From Tubiluchus corallicola (lineage: Eukaryota; Animalia; Priapulida): a stretch of 64,000 nucleotides of DNA. Both the position numbers and the translations under genes were made by a program. Below are positions 14,480 to 34,985 of this stretch, piece after piece. The notes below the pieces were generated by a model. The model searched no databases. It saw only the letters and a program-made list of their open reading frames with translations, and was not told the origin of the DNA. The stretch is taken from the NCBI GenBank assembly GCA_030141605.1, contig JAQGDQ010000843.1, forward strand, positions 1 through 64,000. Reading direction: 5' to 3'. Each line of letters opens with the position of its first letter. Position 1 is the first letter of the stretch.

Positions 14480-14945
14480 GGATAGGAACCAGGCATCTAT
14501 AATAAATATTTGCAATGCACACAACAGAAAAGTGTTTATTGAACTATAGAACTATAATCAAGCAAGCAATTCTACTTTGGAATTCTTTACCATTACAGGT
14601 TAAACAAATCAAGTCCCTATCAGCATTTAAAACAAAATTAAAATCATTAATATTAACCAGATATGAAATATCATCGCACCAGTACGACAACATACACACT
14701 AATTCAGAATTCATATATCCACGGCCATATTAATTAAATCATAATTTTTTCATTTTTTGCGCATAGTTGCAAATATGTTTGATTTTATTCGTCGTTACTT
14801 TCCATTACTGCACAGTAGTTTACATTGCACTGACGCATGTGCCTTTAGCAGTGTAAGTTTTTATTAACTAACACTGATTGATCATCTCTGTAAAGTTTTC
14901 ATCAGTGATTATCAATGTATTTTAATGGCAAATAAAGATCATTAT
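14480..14945 (+). mobile_element. L2/Crack-like LINE 3' fragment
   Basis: QAILLWNSLPLQVKQIKSLSAFKTKLK motif followed by a 3'UTR with AATAAA. Confidence 0.7.
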
Positions 14946-15473
14946 ACATATAAAAAACAGCTGCACTGAACATTGAGCAAAACTAGAATCTAAAAACAGT
15001 CAGTAAAACCTGTTTCACAGCCAGTATACAGATATTGAACTAGACTTATGCAGAGTTCTACAGGCTTCACAACAACCGTTAATATTAGATAGGGATGGGA
15101 CCAGTATGTGTGTAGCCACTGGACCATACAGTTATACTGTAGGTAAGTCAGATAGTAGACTGTAACAAGATTAGCACATAGATGGCAGCACTTAACTACA
15201 ATGTACAGTACCAACTTCCAAAAATATGCTTTCGTGAACTTCCTTTACATACAAGAAACCTTCAGGGTAACTGCTTAAAAACTCCCACACTTTAAGAGGA
15301 AACAAAAAATAAGAACTTTTACAACTTAGCGACATGGTGGCGAAGTGCCGATTTTGTAACAGCTTGACTAACGTAAATTCTCAGGTGTGCATTTGAACGT
15401 GGCTTTATCTAGCACAGACTCGTATTCTGACCTTGTGTTAGCAAAAGCCACTAGTCACGTGCACACCTGAGCT

Positions 15474-15576
15474 TATAAAAAGGGAAGGTCTGCTGTAGAT
15501 CCTTGTCAGTGGTCGTGTCTTTCATTGCAGCTCTGTTCACATTTCACAGGCTTTGCCGCAAACTCCGTTCTTCTAG
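15474..15576 (+). promoter_or_regulatory. TATA box, initiator and probable non-coding first exon of the orphan gene
   Basis: TATAAAAAG at 15474, TCAGT Inr at 15506-15510, E-box CACGTG just upstream, strong donor AG|GTAAGC after 15576. Confidence 0.6.
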
Positions 15577-16683
15577 GTAAGCTGTTTGTTCCTTATTGGG
15601 GGTGTGATATGTAGTAATAAAATTGTCATTTCGACTCTATTGTTCGGGTTTTGTTTTGGGTTTGGTGTTGAAGGACTTAATTGGGACATGCCGCACGGTG
15701 TGGGCCGCGGTGCCATCCGTCCTGCCTCCGTTAAAAGCGGACAGCAGTCCAATATATTATATTGAGTTACCGTAGTCTTTGAAGTTTGACCAGTTAGTAG
15801 TGTCATTCGCAGCCTCGCAGGTCAAAACCGTCAAAACAGGTCATTCAGCGCAACCATCACCATGACCTTTGACCTCAGCCGTTGACCTTTAACCTTTTTA
15901 TCTATGCCAAGTAGCATGTCAATTAGTTCTGATCAGCCTCACAGAGCTTTCATATCCTGTCGCCAGCTAAATCGTTGCCAACTAACTTTTCTGGAATCTT
16001 ATCACTATATAGCCTTTAACCTGTTACATGTCAGCTTCATGTTCAAATTGATCAGAGAGCATTTTAAGATGAGTGATTCATGGTTGACGAGAGCAAACCG
16101 GCTCCTTAAACCGCTTCATGTGGAACAAGCACTTTGAGTGTGGTCATTCTATGTTACATAGATGCTAGAATATGTGATAAAAGTTATTTAACAAGGCAGA
16201 ATTTTAGAGACCTCATACTACTGAGGTGTAAAGTTGTATAAGTTTTTTAAGATTTTTTTTAAGAATTTAGAATTAGAATTTTAGAATTTATTACTAGATT
16301 GTATGCATGAGGATACAAGTTTACAACGATAATTTACACAGAAAGCATTAATATATATATATATATATAATTTTTATTGAGGCTAAATAAAGAAGTAAAT
16401 CAAATCAAATCAAATCAAATCTCTCTCTCTCACTAACACACACACACGCGCGCGCACACACACACGCACACACACACGCACGCACGCACGCACCTACGCA
16501 CGCACGCACACACACACACACATTCTGTTCACCTTTCTCAATCTCTCTCTCTCTCTTTCTCTCGCTCTCTCTCTCACTCTCTCTCTCTCTCTCGCTCGCT
16601 CGCTCTCTCTCTCTCTCTCTCCCTCTCTCTCTCTCTCACTCACTCACTCTCTCTCTCACTCGTTCACACATTTTCTTTCTAGA

Positions 16684-16778
16684 ATGAGGCTAAAGTTCAA
16701 AAAGGTAGAAATTCAGCATGTTGACAAGGAATACATGTGTGACAAATGTTACTACGATGATGTTATGAAGACGATTAC
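16684..16778 (+). CDS. Orphan gene, probable first coding exon
   Basis: ttttctttctag|A ATG gives MRLKFKKVEIQHVDKEYMCDKCYYDDVMKTI(T). The phase-2 donor AC|GTCATG is weak. Confidence 0.45.
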
Positions 16779-16916
16779 GTCATGATAATATTTCCAAAGC
16801 ATAGATATGGCCAAAATAAAAACGAAATAAAATTTAAAACGACGGAAAATTGAATGCCAGTAATCAGGCAATAAGCCAAGTAAATTACTTTCATTTCGCA
16901 AAAACGTTTTCTACAG

Positions 16917-17087
16917 GTATAACACCGAGAGAGGAGTGCCACCTACCGTTGATGACAGGAACAACTGCTACCTGGTAGACGCTCAGCGGTGGAACAATGT
17001 CCAGAGACTCGTCTTTCTCAAGGACATCTACACAAGAGACAGACAAGACACGTCTCTTGATGGAGCTCTGCTTCTAATACCTGACAG
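16917..17087 (+). CDS. Orphan gene, internal exon
   Basis: ttttctacag| YNTERGVPPTVDDRNNCYLVDAQRWNNVQRLVFLKDIYTRDRQDTSLDGALLLIPD |GTAATT; phase 2 to phase 2, open, and GC-richer than its flanks. Confidence 0.75.
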
Positions 17088-17130
17088 GTAATTTTAAAGG
17101 AAAACTGTGAAAAGAGATTAAGATTTCAGC

Positions 17131-17942
17131 AAGGGCATACAAAGACGTACTGGGACATCCAAAGATGTACAAGGGCATACAAAGACGTACTGGGACATCC
17201 AAAGATGTACAAGGGCATACAAAGACGTACTGGGACATCCAAAGATGTACAAGGACATACAAAGACGTACAAGCACATTCAAAGACGTACAAAGTTATGC
17301 AAAGACGTACATGGACATACAGAGACGTACAAGAACATACAAAGACGTACAAGAACATGCAAAAGCGTGGATGGGCATACAAAGACGTACAAGAACATAC
17401 AAAGACGTACAAGAACATTCAAAGACGTGCAAGAACATGCAAAAGCGTGCATGGCCATACAAAGACGTACAAGAACATGCAAAGGCGTGGATGGGCATAC
17501 AAAGACGTACAAGAACATACAAAGACGTACAAGAACATGCAAAAGCGTGGATGGGCATACAAAGACGTACAAGAACATACAAAGACGTGCAAGAACATTC
17601 AAAGACGTGCAAGAACATGCAAAAGCGTGCATGGCCATACAAAGACGTACAAGAACATGCAAAGGCGTGGATGGGCATACAAAGACGTACAAGAACATAC
17701 AAAGACGTACAAGAACATGCAAAAGCGTGGATGGGCATACAAAGACGTACAAGAACATACAAAGACGTGCAAGAACATTCAAAGACGTGCAAGAACATTC
17801 AAAGACGTGCAAGGTTATGCAAGTACATGGACATACAAAGACGTACGTACAAGCACATACAAAGACGTACAAGAATATGCAAAGGAATACATGGAAAAAG
17901 AAAGACATACGTACAAGCACATACAAAGACGTACAAGCACAA
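17131..17942. repeat. 20-bp minisatellite (AAAGACGTACAAGAACATAC) with 40-bp and 180-bp higher-order structure
   Basis: Lines starting at 17341, 17521 and 17701 are identical; the array lies in the intron of the orphan gene. Confidence 0.95.
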
Positions 17943-19267
17943 GTAAAAGGTTGTGCATATTACTTGATTTTGTTCTGCAGTAAAACCACTATTAGTTTGT
18001 TGAAAATTTTGCACAGAAACTGCAGCGAAATTGCGCTAATTGCATGATATTTCAAACATTTTAATGATAAAGAACATAATTATATTGTGTGGTTGAAGTG
18101 ATGAATGATTCCAATTTACGATTTTAGGTTCGAATCGAATTTGAACTAAAAGACTCTTTCGAATTTGATACGAACGTTCGAACTCGAACGTTCGATGCTC
18201 ACTCCCAATGCTTGCTATTAAAATCTGAAATATTAATAATTTTTTATCACAGGCACTTAAACACGTTTGTAGTTAAAACACCACACCTTTATGAAATAAT
18301 TTACATAGTTAAAAATCATGTCGAACTTTGCCAGTTTTAACTATGTAAATTAAAAGCTTTAATAAAGTTGTGATGTTGTAAGTATAAATAATTATTTTCG
18401 TGCAGCAGACATTGTCACTGGGCCGTCTATGGACAGTGATCGTATACAAAAGAAATAACTGACATTTCTTTATTAACTACATGCGCATAAATTAATTATT
18501 ATTAGTAACAATTCTGAGAGGGTGGGTGACCTTGATAACTCTGTACTACAATCAATGTCTGCCATATTCCAACAAAATATTGTAGTGTTTTATACGTCAT
18601 TTCTATTAAAAACAAATAAAAAACGCCATTTTACAAATTCGCATTTAATTCTGTAGTTCTAGACTTTACTAAACACAAAATCACACATTAAATAAACCTA
18701 ATTTGGTAATTTACTAATTTATACGACGTTCTTTAAAATTGATAAGATTGTCATTCATTAAACTAAAATGTTCAAAGTGATCAGTTCATAATGATTCAAA
18801 ATGATACAAAATGATGTATTTACTTACATCGTATGTCTCCATAAAGCAAATCTAGTATTTACCAATATATCTGACAAATTATGTCACTATCATACTGTGA
18901 AAAACTACTTTTAAAGAAGCCTGTTAACGTCTACCAACTAACTCACTTGCCCAGGTAGAAACAGATCTACACAGGTGTATGACCGTGGTCACGTGACCAA
19001 CGAGGTACTTGGCGAAATTCCCTACAATTCATAGTTCTTTCGCCACCCTTTCACTACTAATCAATAATCACTTTTGCACTTTGTAATACTATTGTAAGTT
19101 GTACAGATTATTAAATCACTTAATTATGTATCTTGCTATTATAAAAATGGTGATAAACAAATAAACTTACTTTACTAACTAATGTATTGTCGTAACCTGC
19201 GTGAATGTCTAATGAATTTTACTGTTATTATTTTACATAATTATTGTCTTGAACATTTTGTTTCTAG

Positions 19268-19403
19268 ACCAGGAGATTATGACGACAAGACAAACAGTAT
19301 CACTCAGCACAAGAGAAACCCGGTTCGAGGTCCAGTCGTGGACTTTGGGACTTGTTCCCGATTAGCAAACTATTTTTACAGATACCGCAATCCACACTGG
19401 TAA
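19268..19403 (+). CDS. Orphan gene, terminal exon
   Basis: ttttgtttctag|A then PGDYDDKTNSITQHKRNPVRGPVVDFGTCSRLANYFYRYRNPHW*. The phase-2 start matches the previous exon; AATAAA lies near 19664. Confidence 0.7.
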
Positions 19404-20510
19404 ATTCTGAAGCCGTGTATCTGACAGTGGCAAATTTGGGCAGATTCAAAAACTCTATAAAGTTATATTATTATTGTACGATCTAACCAACGTTTCAAAG
19501 CTATTTGGACCTATTATCACATCCAAGCGTTGCAATGTCTTGTATTAATTGCTTATATGTCTTGCAATATAGAATTTTGCAACAATTAAAATTAACAAAT
19601 CTTATTTCAGTACAAACTATTCCTCATAATTAGAGCGGCCAGTTGTAAATTAATTTTATCAAAAATAAACATAGTGCAAAGCTTTAACATGTGTAGAAAT
19701 TTGTAATCATTTTATTGTAAAACTTATACAATGTTCACCTCAATCATAAAATTGAACAAACAGGCATAAAGTTAGCCATATTATATTTTACAGTAGAAAT
19801 TTTGCATCCTTTCTCGATGCTGTCTCTAGATCAACTGAAACTTGCATGCCTGAGAGAAAAAGCTGTAATCACATGACCAGACATACAAGTTCCTATTGGA
19901 AGGTACATCACATTCATGCATACAGACCATAAATGGAAAGGTCACCTATACTCTACAGACTACTAGTCAAACCAAAATCAAAGTCTACTTGGCTTCTTTG
20001 GTAGCAAAATAAAGATTATTGGTTTACAGAAAGCTGTGTTATAATGTTATAATTTTTCTCCATTTAAACTTGAATATAACCAGAATTAAAGCATGAAATT
20101 AACATTCTAATTACTCTGATTAATGACTATTTATAAAAGGGAAACAATGGGAAACAATATTTAGAAACAAAAATCAATCTCTGACAAACTTTGTACAATT
20201 AGAGTACAACAACGACTGTAGATGGCAGCATAGACGAATTCAGTACTTTAGTGTAGTAGTGACAATTAAATGGATCACATAATGCTACAATCGCGTACTC
20301 GGTACAAAAAGCGACAACATGTTCAGTCGTTCACTTGTTGTTATTGATAACTATGAACTATGAATCTATTTTCACACATCAAAATACAATATCATACACA
20401 CTAATAAACTTTAAATAAATTGCATATAATATTTGTACTGGAAACAGATTACGTTTGCCGTCAAAACTTACTGTGGCAAAATAAATACGATGCTGAGCAA
20501 GCACACAAAT

Positions 20511-20863
20511 TGTTGGGAAGATCCCTGGCATCTATTAGAATTACATAGAACATTGTAGAATGTTCCCATTAGAACAATCATCTTACCTTTTAGAAAGACT
20601 CATCTAGAATGTTCCCTGGCACTAGGCGAAGCAGGCCGCTGAGACACACACGCTGATTCACACGGACGCCACTTACACATTCTCTTGTATACTTGTATTT
20701 TCAGATACACTCAAACGTTTTCCAGATTTTCACGTTTACTGTAATCATTTCGCGTTCCTTCACACTTTTGTGTTGTAGAATTCTCGCTTAATGAACTAGT
20801 TTTGTTTGATGAAGTGTTTTCTGGTTTTCTCTACGAGCCTTCCGAGAGAAAGGAAACACAACA
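20511..20863 (+). mobile_element. Putative solo LTR
   Basis: TGTTG...CAACA termini and repeated TAGAATGTTC/TAGAACATT motifs; no TSD found. Confidence 0.45.
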
Positions 20864-21829
20864 GTTTAAAATATGTAAATCTTAATAATCGTTTATCTTT
20901 TAAGAGGCATATGTAAGTAGCCATTGCTTCTAACTTGTAATCTTTTAACCAGCCATACCTGTAAAAATTAATATCTGTGAGCTGTCTATATGTTTTATCC
21001 TGGTTTCATATTTTATACTTGCGTGTAAATATTTTTAATAAGGATTGCTTATTAAATTATTAATATAAAAAATCGAAAAATAAAAAATAAATACGAAAAA
21101 ATAAAATTACGCAATTTATAAAAAACTATAATGTATGTTACCTCAGCGTGAGGCCCCCCTGGAGGGTGAGGCCCTAGGCGGTTACCTAGTTTACCTATGC
21201 TTAAGGCCCGCCTGTGATGAGTTAAATTATTTTCCTGCTTAAACAAAAACACCCAACATCTTCCAATAGCTAATGAAATCTCCAACTGGAATATGTTATA
21301 TATGCAAATGCTGGACGTGAATTTTTTGTGCGCTAATGAAATTTGTAGAAAAAATAGTGTAAAATTTTACCAGCAGCAGGCCACAGCTTAGGCAGAACAA
21401 TACGTTACCATGGTGTTTGTGACACACAGCTGCTATGTTCATTCTGCTGTAGCTTCTAACATCACACTGCGGGAATGGGCATTGCTAAAGTTGGCGTTGC
21501 TATGGTGACTGGGCAGCTTTTTGTCTGCCATCTAGGGGCAAGTTTAAAAAAACAGTGCAGGCGTGTGATTGCGTTACTTGCAGTCATGTGTATTAGAGCA
21601 TTTTAGGGACATGCATGTAAGAGCATTTTAGGGACATGCATGTATTTTTTTATTGTTTTGCTTAAATCTTATTGTTGTTAAGTTAAAATCAGAAATTTAA
21701 ATTCTGTATTGATTCTGGCCTTTAATTGGATATGGGAGATTTGAAGTGCATATGATTAGGGTAGGACGCATCTGTGTGGGTCTGGATACCAGCTAATGTT
21801 CGTTGTGTACTATTTAATTTATATTTCAG

Positions 21830-22814
21830 AGATTTGAGTTCTGACCTCACATCTACCAGTCTAGGCTGTTAGATAGGTGGTACTTATATAAATCACCTTC
21901 CGTTTGCTGATGATGGATGTTTATTAGCATCCACTTCCACTGCTTTGCAAACTTTAGTTGATATGTATGTTGAATACACAAATAGTCATGACATAGTAAT
22001 AAATGTCGACAGGACTAAACTTATAACAATTGAATACACAAATAGTCATGACAGAGTAATAAATGTCTACAAGACTAAACTTACAACAATTAAATACACA
22101 AATAGTCATGACATAGTAATAAATGTCGACAAGACTAAACTTATAACAATTGAATACACAAATAGTCATGACATAGTAATAAATGTCTACAAGACTAAAC
22201 TTACAACAATTAAATTCACAAATAGTCATGATACAGTAAGAAAGGTCGAAAAGACTAAACTTATAACCCCCCAGTATGTGCGGGTTCAATTTCCGTTCAC
22301 TTGAGGTAGCAGGTACTATAATTATACCGTGTGAAACAAAAAAATGTCTAGGACATATTATCACCAGTCATAACAAAGATGATATGGATATTATCATAAA
22401 ACGAAGTCTTTTTTGTGTTAGAGCGAACCGTATTCTTAGAAAATTTCATCATTGTTCACCTAATGTCAAAACTCATCTGTTCAACTCTTATTGTAATTCT
22501 TTCTACGGTATGGCCACCTGGCGACATTTTTATAACTACAGTCTCAGCAAACTTAAAGTAGCTCACGATATTTCAAAATGCGAACATTTCAACTACCCGT
22601 ATGATTATGGTTCCAGGACCATTTCAGTAGACCACGATGTTTTTTACTTTGATGTAGTACATAGGATAACTGCATACAGTCTATACAGTACAGTAATGCA
22701 AAGCTCAAATGTTCTTATAAAAATGTTCTCAAAGGCCTTGAATAACAGTGACACATTTTACAGTTCAGACATAAGAGAGCAATGGAGGAAAGCATTAGGT
22801 AGAAATTATGGGTG

Positions 22815-22862
<48 letters not shown>

Positions 22863-22985
22863 ACTGTTATTTTATTTATTTATGTATTAATTTGCATGTG
22901 TTGAGAGGAGGGGTTATATTTATTATATGTCTTGTAGTTATTGTATGATGTTATGTATTCCATGAAACTAGTTCGAAATAAGGAG
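21830..22985 (+). mobile_element. RTE-X-like LINE 3' fragment (RT and C-terminus) with an internal 60-bp tandem repeat
   Basis: INHLPFADD..LQTLVD..KTK, then KCLGHII..RANRILRKFHHCSPNVKTHLFNSYCNSFYG..W; frameshifted. Confidence 0.8.
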
Positions 22986-23296
22986 TTAAACCAGTAGAAT
23001 TCTATCTCTCCCTCTCCCTCTCCCTCTGACTTGTTTTTCAAGTTTAAATTGCAAAAAAATAAATAAAGTCTAAGCTAAACTGACTACCAAAAGTAATACA
23101 CCCTTGGTTATTTAGATTATCGTGTTTTATTTACATTACGCCCGTACATTAGCTAGAATCTATCGTGAATATGTTAGACCAATTCATGCAGAGTACTCAA
23201 CGAAATAGATACCGTAGCAAGGTTTGAATGTATCCGTAACACAATGGTGACGCAAGCATGGCCTCATGAGCCCATTCCTGCAAAGAGTCTACATAC

Positions 23297-23477
23297 CTCA
23301 ACAGCTGCTTCCAAAGTGTACCCATACTTCTTTTCAAACGCTTCCTTTACGTTTACCATGTTCTTTTCACAGCAGGTACAAACAACGCGGATTAGCTGAG
23401 TGTCATTCGTGGATGGTCCATGTACGAAATCATAAATTCGTCTTGCAAAATAACTGTATACATTTTCGACATTTGAA
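23297..23477 (-). pseudogene. Relic of a third annexin copy (orphan repeat-IV exon with a 1-nt deletion)
   Basis: Homologous to exon 7 of copies A and B (..YSYFARRIYDFVHGPSTNDTQLIRVVCTCCEKNMVNVKEAFEKKYGYTLEAAVE). It keeps its splice sites and flanking intron homology (~22995-23660) but is 181 nt instead of 182, with a frameshift after MSK. No other exons of this copy were seen. Confidence 0.85.
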
Positions 23478-24174
23478 CTACAAAATTAGATTTGCATCAG
23501 TTAAAGTACCGTATGGATTTTCCGACTTATAACGACCGATTATGCATTCGATATTATGATAATATGAGTATTAAATTCAATTACTTGTTATAGTTGGTTA
23601 AATCAGCTAGTTTAACTACATGAAAGAATGCACTGCATTATTGCTAATATAAGTGTTTGTGTTATGATTTCTTATTATATATATTGTGTACTGTAAACAC
23701 CACAAAGTAAAATTAACGATCAAACTCACTCTTTATGAGGCATGTGAGGCTTGTAAAGAGAATGCAAGAAGAAGAATTCCTTAGGTATATCCTACTATGA
23801 TTTTTAAGTAATACATGAGGAGCATGTCTACTCTAAGTAAGCAGATCAGGGGAGGGCACGAGTTAAACAAAAGTCTATTCACTATAAAGTACGTCTTTTA
23901 TTACACAATTATATTATGGTTAGAAATATTAAATTGCCAAAATAAGTTAAAATGAATCTACAAATAAAAAATTTTTCATGTAGCATTGTGAAATATAGCT
24001 ATTGGTAAAATGAAGTAAAGCAATTTGCTTTCTACACTCATATGTAGTTAACATTGTAAAGTTGCGGAAAAATACGTATTTAGTCTTCGTATATATGAAA
24101 AAAATCTGCAGAAAAGTTATCCTTTTTTGTACGAGATAGTTACAACTGGTTGTTGTTGTTCCTGTTGATGTTGG

Positions 24175-32023
<7,849 letters not shown>

Positions 32024-34624
32024 CTGCACAAAAATTAGGTTTATGTTCCTCGGATTTGGTTCCATTATGTATCGTTTATGTGAAATTAAGGTAGCTAACA
32101 CAAGGCGTACCCTAAAACAATGTGTCCAAGCCGTAGACTATGTTTGAGTGTTTCACTTAAATTTGTAAATTGGAGCTTTATGTCGATTTTCTAGCTGTTG
32201 TACACGGAAGTTTTGATAATAATTTTTGATGGTCTTTTGCTGTGAGCCGCTATGAAGCAAACAGTAGCAACCGTTAAATGTGTGTAACTAAGCAACGCTT
32301 ATAATCGGTGACTAACAGACTATAGATGGCAGCACGGATGTTTTGATGACACTTTTTGTTGGGCTTCTGATGTGAGCGGGAAGTAGCAACCGTCAAGTGT
32401 GTGTTGTAACAAAGCAGCGCTTATAATCGATGACAGACTATAGATGGCAGCAAAGTTCTACTCTGCTGTTAGACCTTTCATTTCCAGTTTTGCAGGTTAG
32501 TTTATTCCTATAACTTTTGCAAATCTACCTAGAGTCGTTCAGGCTGTAATTTTAGATTAGGTTTACCTTGAATTATTTATATGTTATAAATTCCATCGTC
32601 AACTTTGTACAGGTGACCATTTGACGCTTGCTACTTGCGCGTCATATATGTAGCATTAGTAGTCTGTGCTTATTGTATTAACTATGCGATAAAGTGAATA
32701 CTTATCTATGATTGGTTGTTCTTCTGAGTTCTATTTAATGTTAGAGCTGTGATAAAAAGTAATAATTTAAATGCGCCAAATCATGTAAGTTGCAATAAAT
32801 TATATTTTGGGTGGCCACTCTTTTAATCAAATAGTGGTGCGGTTTTTCTTACAAAGTCATGAATTAATCTAAATTACATATTTCAATAGCAGCAAAACAT
32901 TTTAATTAACAACTCGTAGACGTAAGCATTATGCACCTTTTTCTATAAAAACAAATTAGACTATATATATTTCCACGCATTTGTTTGAATTCTAGTCAAC
33001 AAATTAACAACCAGGCCGATGTCTCTTCCACAAACTTCTGAAAAAAGAGCATTTTTCACATGGTGCCTCACACCGGTTTTGCTCAAATTAAGTCCGTAAA
33101 TATTTAAAGTTTGGGCACTTGACAAGCAGTTTAAGTCTTTCAAATTTTACTGCTGACCAAAAAATTCTTTGCCCTCGGGAGGGTGCTCTATATTTTTTAT
33201 AGCCAGCATTATTTTGTATTTTTTTATAAGTTATATGCGCTCGAGTCAAAGGTATTTAGATTAGCGCTACTGATACAAATAAGCCGACGTTGGTAAGACC
33301 TGTAGAGAAGCACAAGGCTTACTATAGTGGCTAAGATATAACGCTATAATTTAAATCATACGTTTGTTGTGACCTTAATCGTAGCCTTTGGTATTATTTA
33401 TTTTATGCTTCTCGCAAGGCACATAATTTGTGACAGCAAAACTAAATATTGTAATTTCTACCTATTATTTTCAGCCTCGCATAGTATATAGTCTGATGAC
33501 ATATTTTATTTTGCAGCATATTTTGCTGACGGACATTTTTTCATCATGTTTACGAGTTTAACTATGACGTTTTGCTGTGCAGATTAAATCTGTGTCATTT
33601 TTGTTTATAGCTGTAGCGTAGCGTACCGGCTCCAAGGTCAAGGGGTGGAAAAGGTCTAAGCGTTTATATAGCACATAACTAACTAGTACTAGAAATATTC
33701 ATTTTTATTTGTTTGCGTATAGCATGTGTACCTCTTAGGGTTTGCAAAAGGCGACTGTTTATCTTTGTGTCCTAATCCATTACATTACAGCATACATGTC
33801 TGTACAGACTCGTAGTAAAACGGCTCAGATGGAAAAAGTGTTAAAAACACATATGAATCAGAAGACGAACGTCACCTTTCTGATTCTCCCCTCAGATGGT
33901 TATCAAGAGGTTGAACGTAAGAAGCCTGTTGTTACTGTCACTACAACTGACACGGTTTTCACACTAGCTTCGACGACAGCGGCTAAACATGTGACTGCAG
34001 GTACGGCTACAATTACCACTACGGCTATGCCTTTGCTGCCTACTTCAGATCCTGCAGCTGCGATGAAAATCGAACCCCAGTAAGTGGCAGCCAATGCTAG
34101 ACTTGCTTCTTTTATGCTTATCCGAGCCAAACAAAATGAACAAATACACAAAGATGAACTAGAAGCCAACACTTATCTCAGCTTCTTCTAGTGTTATCTG
34201 AGAAAACCCCAGTCAAAATCTGCTGTGGGTTAAAACTTGCATAGCTTCACTCAAGGCCACACTTCAGAAGATAGGCCAACTGTCAGAATCGATCTGGCAA
34301 CTATCAGAGCACCACTATGTGCTTGAGCTTACGGTACGCTATACAGATGAAGACATTTTACTGTCTAACCAAGTGACTTCTCTAATTGCCCAATTAGATA
34401 TTAACAGTGACAGTGATGACTTATGAATTAGCATCTCGCCTCAGTCACCATCTTCATTTCATCAGTCATCATTCAGTTCACCGCATGCTTATAGGAAAAT
34501 TCCCAAACTTGGGGTTAAACCATTTAACTAGATTATACTTAAATGGCAAACCTTTTGGTCAATGTTTTCTGATGTTGTTGATTCTAATTCTGATCTATCT
34601 AAAGTTCAAAAATTTCAGCATTTA

Positions 34625-34985
34625 AAGTATTGCAAGTAACTAAACAGACTAATTTCACAATTTCAAGAAAAAGAACGATCAGTACTGGGTATTGCAAGTA
34701 ACTACACAGACTAACTTTACAAGTTAAAAAAGCAATCAGTGCTGGGTATTGCAAGTAACTAAACACGCTACTTCACAAGTTAAAAAAGCAATCAGTATAG
34801 ATTATTGGAAGTATCTAAACAGGCAAACTTCACAAGTTCAAGAAACAATCAGTACTGGGTATTGCAATTAACTAAACACACAAACTTCGCAAGTTCAAGA
34901 AACAATCGGTACTGGGTATTGCAAGTAACTAAACATGCTAACTTCGGAAGTTCAAGAAACAATCAGTACTGGGTTTTGCAAATAC
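34625..34985. repeat. ~57-bp tandem repeat, ~6 copies
   Basis: AGTACTGGGTATTGCAAGTAACTAAAC.. recurs at ~34681, 34738, 34851, 34908 and 34965. Confidence 0.85.

Noticed and set aside
15904-16137. 77-aa ORF as part of the orphan gene
   Set aside because: It ends in a stop, and I found no phase-compatible donor to the 16683 acceptor.
17074-18047. 200-280 aa ORFs on both strands
   Set aside because: By-product of a stop-poor 20-bp minisatellite inside an intron.
23960-24174. Open frame after the annexin B stop (PTSTGTTTTSC..), suggesting readthrough
   Set aside because: Not conserved in copy A, which has TAA TGA and a different frame.
33742-34625. 113-aa and 72-aa ORFs between the annexin copies
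   Set aside because: No splice structure or family motif; more likely a decayed retroelement 5' region.
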